Assembly (NCBI GenBank): GCA_022605425.2
Contig: JAKIMF020000007.1
Location: 620,001-684,000, forward strand
Reading direction: 5' to 3'
From: Hamiltosporidium tvaerminnensis FI-OER-3-3
Taxonomy: Eukaryota > Fungi > Microsporidia
DNA length: 64,000 bases
Under the pieces are notes generated by a model. That model was not told where the DNA came from. It saw only the letters and a list, made by a program, of their open reading frames with translations, and made no database searches. Made by a program: the position numbers and the translations under genes. Positions 1 to 10,946 of this stretch are shown piece by piece. The number at the start of each line of letters is the position of its first letter. Within the stretch, counting starts at the first letter, position 1.

Positions 1-510
1 TGTATCACTACTAACTGAGTCATCTTTAATATCTTCAAATTTTCCAGTATTTAATTTATTTTCATTATCAATATTACCATCAAATATATCTCTATTCAAC
101 CCATTTTCTACACCAATATTATTATCAATTTCCCTAATATTCTCTACACAACTATTATTCTCTACAATATTATTATCTCCTACTTCATCATTACCTTCTA
201 CTTCCCTAATATCCTCTACAATATTATTATCTCCTACATCACTCAACAAACTATCAATACTATCTTCAATACTACTATCACCGACACATTTACTCTTATA
301 AAACAACAACTCTATCTCATCATTATCGATACTCAATAACTTATTTTTAATTCGTTTCTGTGTCTCATTAATTCTCAACTCAGTAAAAATACCATTTCTT
401 ATCTTTTCATAATTACACAAACATAAATCAATATCGTATGATTGTAACGGTTTAGTTAATTCTAAATCTACTGAAGAATATATAAAACTTTTTTGTTTTT
501 CTTTTTTCAT
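1..510 (-). CDS. Hypothetical protein, N-terminal 170 codons (runs off the window edge); acidic/Asn-rich
   Basis: Manual translation from the ATG at 510 (MKKEKQKSFIYSSVDLELTKPLQSYDIDLCLCNYEKIRNG...) is open to position 1. A CCC motif lies 9-11 nt upstream (aaccctataaaaatATG). It is absent from the ORF track because the stop lies outside the window. Confidence 0.75.
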   Translation of the reverse strand, partial: MKKEKQKSFIYSSVDLELTKPLQSYDIDLCLCNYEKIRNGIFTELRINETQKRIKNKLLSIDNDEIELLFYKSKCVGDSSIEDSIDSLLSDVGDNNIVEDIREVEGNDEVGDNNIVENNSCVENIREIDNNIGVENGLNRDIFDGNIDNENKLNTGKFEDIKDDSVSSDT

Positions 511-554
511 ATTTTTATAGGGTTGTCATATAAGATTGGTTTACATATTAAAAT

Positions 555-935
555 TTCTCTTTTTTTAAAGAATTATTTCTCATTTTTTAAAGAATTATTT
601 CTTAGTAAAAACGATTCTTTTTTTTTAAGAATTAATTCTCGTTTTTTACACAATTATTTCTATTTTATAAACGATTCTTTTATTTATGAATTATGTCTCA
701 TTTTTTAAAGAATTATTTCTATTTTTTTAAATATTCTCCGCCATTTTTTTAAATATTCCTCCCATTGTTTTTTTAAATATTCCTCCCTGTTTTTGTAAAT
801 ATTCCTCCCTGTTTTTGTAAATATTCCTCCCAGTTTTTATAAATATTCTACCCATTGTTTTTATAAATATTCTACCCATTGTTTTTTTTAAATATTCCTC
901 CCAGTTTTTTTAAATATTCTCACCATTGTTTTTAA
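555..935. repeat. Degenerate short tandem repeats (ttttttaaagaattattt / ttttaaatattcctccc)
   Basis: Repeated 20-25 bp units are visible directly. Confidence 0.8.
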
Positions 936-1113
936 ATAGATTTCGTTTATTAAACACCCCCTATCCTTTATTTTACCTTTTTTTTAAAATCACTCTCATT
1001 TTAATTTCTCCATATTCTTTTATTTCCTCTAAATTTTTAAAATTACCAATTTTCTATTTTTATTTCCTCTAAATTTTTAAAATTACCAATTTTCTATTTT
1101 TATTTCCCCACAA

Positions 1114-1248
1114 ATGAATCTAAAAAATTATTATTTAGAATCCAGAAAGCATTTTTATGAATGTGAAAGTGAAGAAGAAAGTGATAATTTAGAAGATTTA
1201 GAAGAAATAAAAAAATGGAAAGAAAGAAGTGAAAGAAGGAAATTTTAG
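1114..1248 (+). CDS. Candidate 44-aa charged micro-protein
   Basis: Context is ttcccca caaATG; translation MNLKNYYLESRKHFYECESEEESDNLEDLEEIKKWKERSERRKF*. It is divergent from the ORF ending at 510. Confidence 0.5.
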   Translation: MNLKNYYLESRKHFYECESEEESDNLEDLEEIKKWKERSERRKF

Positions 1249-1319
1249 AATTAAAGAGTTTTAGAGTTAGAATGAAGGTGGTATTAAAGAATTATTATTT
1301 GTATGTAGAAAACCAATAG

Positions 1320-2570
1320 CAAATAAATAAAAATAAATTTCTTTAAAAATTCTCTACAAAATAGAAAATAACTTATCTATGATATTTTATTCAATTCATT
1401 TACTTAAAAAAATGCTCTTAAAAAATAAAAAATAACTTATCTAAAAAATATAAATAATAAAAATAAATTTCTTAAAAAAAATGCTCCAAAAAATAAAAAA
1501 TAACTTATCTAAGATATAAAATATAAATAATAAAAATAAAAATAAATTCCTTTAAAAAAATACTTCCAAAAAATAAAAACTACTAATCTAAAAAAGAAAG
1601 AAGTACTTTATTTAAAAGTATCACATCTTTTTTAAAACAGTGGCAAGTGTTATATTTGTTTTCATGACATTAACGCAGTTCTAGGTTTAACATAAATAAC
1701 TGCTACCCCAAAACTCCATCAGTAACCCCTGCGATACCTACGTCCCAAAGCCTTTCATCTACCAGGTGTGTAGAACCTAATTAATAGGCGAGGCAGTTGC
1801 CCGGAGTTCGTTAATGTCCGTTGCATGGAGTGTGATCGAAGGCCGAAGCCCCCCCTGGGCTCCCCCAAGACTATGCAGCATTCCCACTTACTCTACACTT
1901 TCTGAACCCAATAAACTTCTAGCTAAGATATATTTCAGAGGATTACATGGGGTCCACCTAGATAGTGCAATGTCATACCAACAGGTATAACCTGCTACTT
2001 AGCTCTCCCGGCTTTTAATGGTTTTTTGTTTTATATCTCCCAGGCGCTAAGTCTTCTAACCCGAGTGAGCAAGGCTAGGTTTCCATGCTTTTACATGGCG
2101 ATTACCTACATGTTCAGCTGCGGTCTGCAATCTGGTTACATAAAAAACTACAAATAAATTTGTAGAAAAAGTTTCGCCAGTTCTTAGACCTCTTCTCCAC
2201 ATAACAACTCTCATTGAACAACCGAAGATGTAGTGTGGTTTTATTCCCACTAAAAATCCAAACAATAATCTCACACCAGTTTCACACACTCATTGCCAAG
2301 CAGAAAGTTTTTTATGTGGTTATCCTCCCTCCACTACTAATCTAAAAAATATAAATAATAAAAATAAATTTACTTAAATAATTACTTCGAAAAAATACAA
2401 ACTACTAATCTAAAAAATTATAAAATTATAAATAAATTCCTTTAAATAATTACTTCCAAAAAATACAAACTACTAATCTAAAAAATTATAAAATTATAAA
2501 TAAATTTACTTAAATAATTACTTCGAAAAAATAAAAACTACTAATCTAAAAAATTATAAATAAATTCCTT
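1320..2570. repeat. AT-rich ~55-65 bp tandem array interrupted by the 730-bp retroposon
   Basis: Units containing aaaataaaaactactaatctaaaaaa / aaataacttatcta occur on both sides of 1605-2334. Confidence 0.75.
1605..2334 (-). mobile_element. ~730-bp non-autonomous retroposon (SINE-like), full-length copy A
   Basis: Nearly identical to 25871-26598 and, reverse-complemented, to 52009-52734. It begins GTGGAGGGAGG and ends TAAATAAAGT. ctactaatctaaaaa flanks both sides (possible TSD, but inside a tandem array). Confidence 0.85.
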
Positions 2571-2573
2571 TAT

Positions 2574-2885
2574 TTAAAAATCAGCAAACAAATCCAAATC
2601 CATTTCTTCTTCCTTAGGTGCTTCTGCTTCCTCTTTCTTTTCACTTTCATCAGCAACTTTAACAGCAGAAGGTTGTACAGAAACAGAAGAAAAAGAAGAC
2701 ATTTTTTTAGAACCTTCTTCTTTAATAGAATTATAATCTCTACCTTTGATATTGTTAATAAGTAATTGTACTTGTTCTTTATCACACTCTTTACCAGGAA
2801 CTACTGTAAATAGTTTTGATATAGAATCTTCTGTGACAGGTTTACCAGCAACTGAAAGAATGGCATAAGCGGCAATGTACTCCAT
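2574..2885 (-). CDS. RPP2: 60S acidic ribosomal protein P2
   Basis: MEYIAAYAIL N-terminus, acidic hinge and EEEMDLDLF C-terminus. Start context cccatATG; AATAAA overlaps the stop. Confidence 0.93.
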   Translation of the reverse strand: MEYIAAYAILSVAGKPVTEDSISKLFTVVPGKECDKEQVQLLINNIKGRDYNSIKEEGSKKMSSFSSVSVQPSAVKVADESEKKEEAEAPKEEEMDLDLFADF

Positions 2886-2895
2886 ATGGGTTTAA
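2886..2895 (-). promoter_or_regulatory. Microsporidian CCC motif just upstream of the start codon (example; the same motif precedes the ATGs at 510, 1114, 3452, 10947, 27257, 42299, 45715, 60646 and 61399)
   Basis: An AT-rich stretch, then CCC, lies within about 2-20 nt of the ATG in nearly every host gene. This is an established microsporidian transcription-start signature. Confidence 0.75.
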
Positions 2896-3214
2896 ATAAT
2901 ATTTTTTATAAAATAAAAAAGTGAGAATATTTAGAAAAGGGTTTTAGATATGAAGATGGGGAATATAGGAAAATAGAGAAAAAAATATCATGAATTTAAG
3001 ATATAAATTAAATAAAAAAATTAGTGAAGAAAAATATTTTAAAGAAAGGAAATTGAAAGAAAAATTTGGGAGAAAAAAATTCGGAAAAATATTTAAAGAA
3101 AAAGGAATTGAAATAAAAAAATATTTAAAAACTGATTTTAAAGAAACAAAGGTTAACGAAATAAATAAATAAGAAACAAAGTTTAACGAAATAAATAAAA
3201 AAGAAACAAAGGTT

Positions 3215-3309
3215 TAATAAAATTCTGGGTTAAAACATTTTTACCATTTTTATATGTTTTCTTCTACCTCTTTAACCACTATTGTCTCTTCTTCCAAATC
3301 CGACTCTTC
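3215..3309 (-). mobile_element. 5'-truncated 3'-terminal fragment of the R4-like LINE
   Basis: Near-identical to 7077-7171. Flanked by the direct repeat aacaaaggtt (3205-3214, 3310-3319). Confidence 0.9.
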
Positions 3310-3451
3310 AACAAAGGTTAACGAAATAAATAAAAAAAAATTAAAAAAAAATTAAAAAAAATTAAAGAAAAGAAATGAATTTAGGAAAAAAAATAGGAAA
3401 GAAAATACTGATTATACCGTTATTTATTAACCCTTAGATAATTAAAAGATA

Positions 3452-4186
3452 ATGAAAATATATTTTATAAGTTCAGACATAAAAAAATACAAAGAAATTT
3501 GTAAACTTTTTCCGTTTGAAATATTTCATAAGAAAATGGATATTATTGAGATACAAGGTAGTATGGAAGAGATAGTAAGAGATAAAGCTATTAGAGCATA
3601 TAATAGCATATTAGGTAATAAAAGTAGTAAGAATGTGGGGAATAGTAATAGAGATAATGAGGATGGTAATAGAGATACTGAGAATAATAAAGATAAGAAT
3701 ATTAGAGCTAAGGATATAGATATAGGTAATATAAATACTACAACTAGTATAAAAAATGTGGATAATAGAGATGGTGAGGAAGATTTTGCTGTTTTGGTTG
3801 ATGACGTGTCTTTGGAAATGAAAGGACTAAATGATTTTCCTGGTCCGTATGTTAAATACTTCCTTGGTATTGGTCTCGAAAAAATACAAAAAATTGCATT
3901 TTTTTATGGAACCGAGTGTACAGCTATATGTTCACTTGGTTTGGTATATAAATGTGGTGGTAATGTGTGTGTAATTACATCTGAAGGTAGAACAGAAGGA
4001 AACATAATTGTTTCTGATGACTTGGGTACAAATGAATTTGGATTTGATGGAATATTTCAACCCAAGGGGTATCAAAAGTCGTATGGTGAGATGACAGTTG
4101 AGGAAAAGAATGAAATTAGTCATCGAGCTGTTGCTGTTATGCATATGGTTGAAAAAATTAAGGATTTGGGTATTTTTATGAAATAA
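3452..4186 (+). CDS. HAM1: Inosine triphosphate pyrophosphatase (HAM1/ITPA family) with an Asn-rich insertion
   Basis: EIQG, VLVDD, FPGPYVK, FGFDGIF and SHR motifs; CCC motif upstream of the ATG. Confidence 0.92.
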   Translation: MKIYFISSDIKKYKEICKLFPFEIFHKKMDIIEIQGSMEEIVRDKAIRAYNSILGNKSSKNVGNSNRDNEDGNRDTENNKDKNIRAKDIDIGNINTTTSIKNVDNRDGEEDFAVLVDDVSLEMKGLNDFPGPYVKYFLGIGLEKIQKIAFFYGTECTAICSLGLVYKCGGNVCVITSEGRTEGNIIVSDDLGTNEFGFDGIFQPKGYQKSYGEMTVEEKNEISHRAVAVMHMVEKIKDLGIFMK

Positions 4187-4698
4187 AAGATACTTTTCTT
4201 TTCTATAATTTGTTCTCTATTTTTTCTATAGTTTTTATCTCTTCCTCTTAATATAGTTTGTTCTTTATCTTATTCTTTATCTCTTCTTATTTGTTTTTAT
4301 CTTATTCTTTATCTTTTTCTTTGTCTTCTTCGTTATCTTATTCTTTATATCTTCCTTTAATATCTTTCTTTATTTCTTTAATGTTTTAAAATAACTTTTT
4401 TTTAAAATTAGATATATAATTTGATATCTAAATGATTAAATATAGATTTATTGACTACTGTTTTTTATACTTTAAAATGAGATATATAATTTGTTATTTG
4501 ATTATATTAGAAATATAAAGAGAGTGAGGTATAACTAAAGTAAAAAGAGAGACACTAAATAATTATAACATATTATTTTAAAAAATAAAATTTAAATTGG
4601 TAAAAATATATTTTTTGTCTAGAATTTAGAAATCTTAAATTTAATTTATTTAATATTAAGAAATATTGGATTTTAATAAGGATATTTAGATTAAGAAA

Positions 4699-6821
4699 TG
4701 CTACGGGCCAATAAACTCCCCCCCCCATGTCCAATATAACCCCCGTTGTTTTCTAATGATTTATAAAACACATGTTATTTTCATATATTTTACCCAAGAG
4801 CCATATATTTGAAAAAGGAAGTGATTTTTTCCCTAAATTTAATGGGGCGGGCTGTTTAAAAAATGCTTATATAATTTATAACTTGAAATTCCCGTCAAAA
4901 AAAATATTTCAAGTTTTGCCAGAATAAAAATAAAAACTATAATGATAATACTTAAATAATAAAAAAATGCCTATAACAATTGTAAACTAAATAAAATTAA
5001 ATACATTTTATTACGCCGCTAAAAACTGTTCTTGTCTCACCTTTATTGTTTTTTACTTCAATCATGTTGGTCATCGAAGTAGCGGTAACTTAAAAACCGA
5101 ATTATCGTAAAAAGGGTCAAAGAGCGCTCTTTTACTTTTAGTATTCATATCGAAGTTTTTTTTCATCAAAACTTGATCTCAAATAGATAAATCCATGTTT
5201 AGTCTATTTAAATTGTTGCTTCTTATAATTTTTTCTCTATAATTTTTAAAGGGCTTAGCAACATCCGAACCAATCTTACCATCACTTTCGTGATCATAAG
5301 CTATTATAGTGGTTGTTGTGATTACCGTTTCAGTAACTTCTTCATGTAGATCCGAGGCGATTTCCAGGATCCATTGTGTCGCTGCATTTTCTTCTGCTGA
5401 AACTATATCAGGATCTATATCAATAGCAGGCACTATCTTACCGGCTTCGTTTTCAACTATTATGCTTCTAGAAAGTAGATTGTTTAAACCTGGTTGTTCA
5501 AAGAAAAGCATAAATGGTGATTTGTTTGTTGCCTTGTGTATTGTTCTGTTATATGCACAAACAACATTATTAAGATGTTCAATCCACCCTTTTCCACCTG
5601 TTTCATGCAATTTATTCGCTAGCCATCTGTTTAAGGTCTGATTTACAGGTTCCACTTGACCTTGCGCCTTTAGATTGCGTGGTCTTACAAGTATAATTTT
5701 GACGTTAAGATCTGTTAAAAAGGCTTCAAGTAGTGCATTTTTAAACTCTCGACCATTATCAGATTGTATTGCCACCAGGACACCGAAGTTGTCAAATAAA
5801 AATTATAATGAATCTCTTACTAATTCCGAAGTTTTATAAATCAGCTTAAAGCTAGAGATGTTTTGTGTATGTGTCGATTACATTAAGAATCTAGCTACAT
5901 TGATCATTTTGATCGCTGTATCCCTAAAATCTACACAATCCATCATAAAATGATCATATTTTTTGATAATATGATTTATATATATTGGCTGAATTGTTTT
6001 TAGAGAATTTAATCGACTACATGCTTCACAGTCTTTTACATACTCTTTTATGTATGCCTTGAGAATTCCATAGTATTTTTTTATAATCAAAGCAATCCTT
6101 TTATTTACGCAGATATGTGCAACAGAATGCTCTATTTGAGTAATTTGTTGAATCAAGGCAGTTTCAAATCCAAAAAAGGCTCTTATTAGATGATCGCGTC
6201 TTTTAAAACAAATCTCATCTCTGAACAAAGTAAAATATTCTACCTTCTGCCTCAACAACCTCTTTTCTTCTTTGGAATACATAGCTGGATACTGACAGGT
6301 TTTTAAATATGCAGTAAGAATTTTTTTTTCTTGCCTATTTTTACAACTTACAATCTTTGGCATTTTGGTTACATTATATTTTTATATATTTAGAATGAAT
6401 ACTTAGAAAATAAAAAATTATATGAAAGCTTTAAATAAATGTTTGTACAATTTTATGTTGTTTAGTGCCTGTATCGAATTCTACAACGAAATTTCGCCTT
6501 ATAAATACCAACAAATGCAAATAAGTGAAAAAAAGCAAACAAGGAACGGAAAAGCAAAATATAAATTTTATTGGATATTTTATTCATAATTAACACATCC
6601 TATTGTTTATAGAAAAGAAATGTTAAAAAAGGATGGATAAGAAATATTGGAAAGGAAACTAAAATAAGAGGATGTTTAAAATAAGGGGAATAAATGAGTT
6701 ATAAGGATATAGAAATTAAAAGGCTATATCAAAAAATAAAGGGTGTTATCAAGATTAAAAATGTATAGGAAATAACGGTGGTTCTATTGGGCATGGGAGG
6801 GGGGTTTACTGGCCAGTGACA
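4699..6821 (-). mobile_element. Ginger-like (Ginger2/TDD type) integrase DNA transposon, degenerate
   Basis: Imperfect ~50-bp terminal inverted repeats (tgctacgggccaataaactccccc... vs the reverse complement tgtcactggccagtaaaccccc...). The internal ORFs have an HHCC-like region (H...H...CEAC) and an rve core (IQSDNGREF, QGQVE, YNRTIH..SPF). No RT or gag is present. Confidence 0.8.
5179..6363 (-). pseudogene. DDE integrase/transposase, frameshifted (ORFs 5878-6363 and 5179-5775)
   Basis: The zinc-binding and catalytic halves lie in separate ORFs. Confidence 0.8.
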
Positions 6822-7075
6822 ATAAATATTAGATTGCGATGGTCATTACTTAGAAATATTAGATTTTAATAAAGACATTTAATATTAAGACATATTAGAT
6901 TGCAATGGTAATGACTAGAAATATTTTAATAAATATTTTAATATATGTTTACCGATATAATTTACAGATATAATGGTTGAATAAGATATAATTAAAAAAT
7001 ATATGTTTACAAAATATAATTACTAACTTATAATTTACAAAAATAATTGTTAAATAACTTATAAGAAATTATTAT

Positions 7076-10000
7076 TTAATAAAATTCTGGGTTAAAACAT
7101 TTTTACCATTTTTATATGTTTTCTTCTACCTCTTTAACCACTATTGTCTCTTCTTCCAAATCCGACGCTTCATTTATGTTATTGGTCGGTTCCTCTAAAG
7201 TGGTTCCTCCTTGTGAAATAAGGGGTGCTTTATTTTTTGGTTTAAAATTTTTTTCACCATCTTCCTCTCTCTTCACTTCTTTTAAAGGAGGTATTGGTTC
7301 CTCATGCACCTCTGATCTCATAATAACACTCATTGACGCTCTCTCCCAGCTCTCTTCGGCATTTAGTCCTGATTCAAGTCCTCTTCGTCGATCAAAGGAA
7401 ATTGTTTCGACTGTTTTCTTAAGTACTATAGACTGAATGTATGCCTCTACATTCATGGGTATTTCTAGTCTTTTAAGATGAGATTTATGGTATTTTGTCA
7501 CAATACCGTCCCAGGTCATCACATAAGGGATTATCTCAACACTACACTTATAAATAAGACCCAACTCATTGGCTAACAGGTCATACTTCCTAAGTTTTTC
7601 AGTTTCAACTATTTGAAGTGAATCTTGGGAAGTGATTCCTACTTCAATGAGTGTTATCTTATTCTTCTTCTTATCTAAAATAAATATGTCCGGTCTGTTA
7701 TTCCGAATTTTAACATCAGTTTTTATTCTGGTGTCCACTCTTATCTCTGCGTACTCATTATCAAGAATTTCTTGAACTGAGTGACTCTTTATTCGTTTGG
7801 AAGACTTAAACTTATATCTATTTAGAAGAAGTAGGTGTAGGCATCTAACCACTTCATTATGCCTTCTAGTGTAATCATGGCCTAGCATTTTTTCACATCT
7901 AGTTGCTAGATGATCTACAGTCTTACCAGACTTCCTACAATGTTGACACACACCATCTGCTCCCCAGAATACATTTCTATCCTGGATATAGCAGAACACA
8001 GCTTCATTTCGTGGCCTAATATTTCCTCTCTTTAGCCATCTTGAAGAGTCACTAACACTCACAAGCTCATTTTTCCTTGCATTATATAACTTTGAATGTA
8101 GTTTTCGTTTTTCTATTTCGTTATATAGTTTTGCAAGTTGAGCTTCTTCTAAACTTTTCTTAGTGACTTCTTCTACCAACCTGTACTTTACTTTTAAGAA
8201 GCCTTTTATTAGTGCAAGATGGGATTTATTATTATTCTCCACCTTGAGGATTGCTGCTCGTCTAGTTGATATTTCTTTACTTTTTTCCAGGCAATCCAAG
8301 AGTTGTAGAAGCATATGTTCGCTTCGCAACTCAACACTATGTAGGCCTCTTCCAAGTTCTGCTCTAGGAAGGTATAAACGCTCTTTACATCCTGGGCGGA
8401 GATGTATCTTATTCTTCACCAACACCGCACGCACTGCATCATCTAACTTAGAGAAGTCAGCCGGTTCAAGTCGAAGTACTCCTATGTGGTAGTTGATTAA
8501 CGATATCGCATGTTGATTGATTGCAGAAAATAATTTTTTTGCGTTTAATCTAGTGTGACAAAGTCTTTCAACTCTTACTATCAGTTGCTTTGTACTTCTT
8601 CAAATGATTTACGTGTTGGAATTCCTCTGCTATCTTCTATTATTCCTAAATATTTGTAAACACTAACACCTTCTAGAACAGTAGCAGTATCTTTACAACA
8701 CGTATCATTTGTGGCTGACTTCTCTTTGTTAATCTCTAAGCCAATCACATCTAAAAATTCCTTTGCCTCGTCTGTCATAGCACTCAATGTGGAGCTGTCT
8801 TTTGCAAGGAGCTTAAGATCATCAATAAACAAGAGATGATTAGTAGAATGGGATTCTGCATCTGTTTGTACGGTCACTTTTGTGTATTTTTCATTAAGCT
8901 TTCGGCTTAGTGGATCCATACACAACACAAATAACAATGGTGACAAACTATCTCCTTGTAGAATCCCTCTATCAATCTTCTGCTCATGATTTTTTCAGGC
9001 CCTACTGATATATCAATTTTCCATTTTGATATAATTACCTTAATAAATTTCAGGATCCAATCAGGTAAACTAAGGTTTTCAATGCATTGAGTTAAATAAG
9101 CATGATCTATTGAATCATAAGCTTTTTTAACATCAATCCATGTTGCCTTAAGATTATTTCCATACTCTTTATTTAAGGCAATATTCAGTAGAGCCTGCTC
9201 TTTCGCTCCCTGCACACCTCTTACCGCCCCTAATTGGTTCTCTGCAAGCAACCCTCGCCTTTCCACTTCAATTTGAACGACTTTCGTTACACACTTTGTC
9301 GTTAACTTATAGAGGTTGGACATACAAGTGATTGGCCTGTAGTCAGAGCCTCTTCGTGGAATTCCTTTCGGTATCAAATACGTAAGCCCGCAGTAAAACC
9401 AATCAGCTTGAGTTGTTACTTCTAAACATATAACTTTCACAATATCATAAATATATTTGTGAAGAGTTGTAAGTTTCTTAATGAAAAAATTGTAAATACC
9501 ATCAATTCCAGCAGCTTTCCAATTGGGAAGCCAATTAATGATATTTACAAATTCATCAAGTGAAGGAAACGTGGTCGGATGATTATCTGATACAAATGGA
9601 ATCAAATAATCATCATACGTGACTGTGTCATCATTTTTGTTCCACATTGTAGACCAAAAACTAACAATTTCATCACGACTAACCACATGCTCGGATTCCA
9701 CACGCTCAGATAACCCACGATAAAATCGACCTCGGAAAAGCTCAAACATACGATTCTCTTTTCGGAATTGCTTCCTACTTTCATGCATCGTAATTTTTTT
9801 CTCGTAAACATTCAAAGACTCATTCTTCTTAACTAAAGCCTCAGAAAGATCAGTTACGCTGCTCAAGTTTAAATTAAACTCTCGCATGATTTTCTTAAGG
9901 CTCTTCGTTTCCGAAGTGGAGAGCATTTCCTGCTTACGAGCCTTCTCGAGAAGATCTTTGGAAAGTACTAACTTAGAAATTTTACTTTCTATGTTTTCCT

Positions 10001-10879
10001 TCCAAGCGGATCTAGGCTTCTCTTTACGTGTTGCCTCGTCATAGCATACCTGCGCAGCTTGTATGATATACGCGGCTTCCGTAATTGACTCAGGTACATG
10101 AGCTCCTGCATATTCACCGACTACTCGATTAATGAGATCCAGAACTTTACTATCAACCAATTCATTTGGATGTTTTCTAGTTCGGACCACCACTTTTCCA
10201 ATTTCGTTCTCCGAGATTTCTTTGATTTTACTCAAGAATTTATCTCTCAGGTTTATGTACTCCGTGGTGTCGGTCAAGGTGCATGTATCAGCGAGACAAG
10301 TGGCGATTCTACGTCGCTCTCCATTCTCTTTTGATTTTACATCCTTTCCCATCTCACTTTGTGCCAATTTTTTTAACACTTCGAGAGTTTCAGTGCAGCC
10401 GAATTTCTCATTATAGTACCTGTGAAGCTCTGTCCAGCCATTTCTTGGCATTCTTTCAAACCTTGTCTGTACTGCAAAAAAAACAATTCGAGGCCATTCC
10501 TTCGGGTCGGCTGTTACGGAATCGAATATCGTCCGCAATGCCATTAGCCGGTTACCTTCCGGAATAGCTAGAGTACAGGGGCTTGTCATGTCGTACGATG
10601 GCTCGCACGCAGAGACTTCAACCGAAGAGGGAACTGGTGCATTAGGCGAAGGTAAGGTGTCAAGCCCACTATTTTGCATTTTACTGCATGTTTGGCTTGG
10701 TGGTGGAGGTGTTATTGTTGTGTAGGAGGAGGAAGGTAGGAAAATCGCCGGTGGGTGTAGCTTACATTTTTGTACCTCACTATCACTCTTCTTCACCTCA
10801 TCAGCGTCGTTTGCAGCCTTTATTTTGGTATTATTCGATATTTCGCTGCTAACATTTTTCTTTCTACCCATTTTTATTC
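7076..10879 (-). mobile_element. Full-length non-LTR retrotransposon with RT and restriction-like endonuclease (R4/Dong-like)
   Basis: 12-bp TSD agaaattattat (7064-7075, 10880-10891). RT motifs: KAAGIDGI, YRPITC, DVKKAYDS, QGDSLSP, FIDD. CCHC finger CQHC..H....C. RLE motifs RHN, PDI, IEV and K..KY. Confidence 0.92.
7112..10871 (-). pseudogene. RT-RLE polyprotein (~1250 aa if joined), two single-base frameshifts near 8978 and 8586
   Basis: ORFs 8907-10871, 8581-8946 and 7112-8434 join into one frame if one A is added at each of two short A runs. Confidence 0.85.
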
Positions 10880-10946
10880 AGAAATTATTATAGAATTATT
10901 TCTTATAAACTTAAAAATATCTTATAATATTCTAATATCCCTTCAG

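Noticed and set aside
2056-2289. Repeated 77-aa ORF (also 26320-26553 and 52054-52287)
   Set aside because: It starts at GTG, lies wholly inside the 730-bp repeat, shows scattered amino-acid changes and is not reported for the diverged copies. Recurrence is explained by DNA copy identity.
2990-3172. 60-aa Lys-rich ORF, and similar short ORFs at 493, 16369, 17210, 39033, 39503, 57229 and 57449
   Set aside because: A- or T-rich intergenic or repeat DNA with no recognisable motif or CCC context.
10770-10946. N-terminal extension of the glutaredoxin in the ORF track
   Set aside because: It starts at TTG inside the LINE; the CCC-ATG at 10947 is the credible start.
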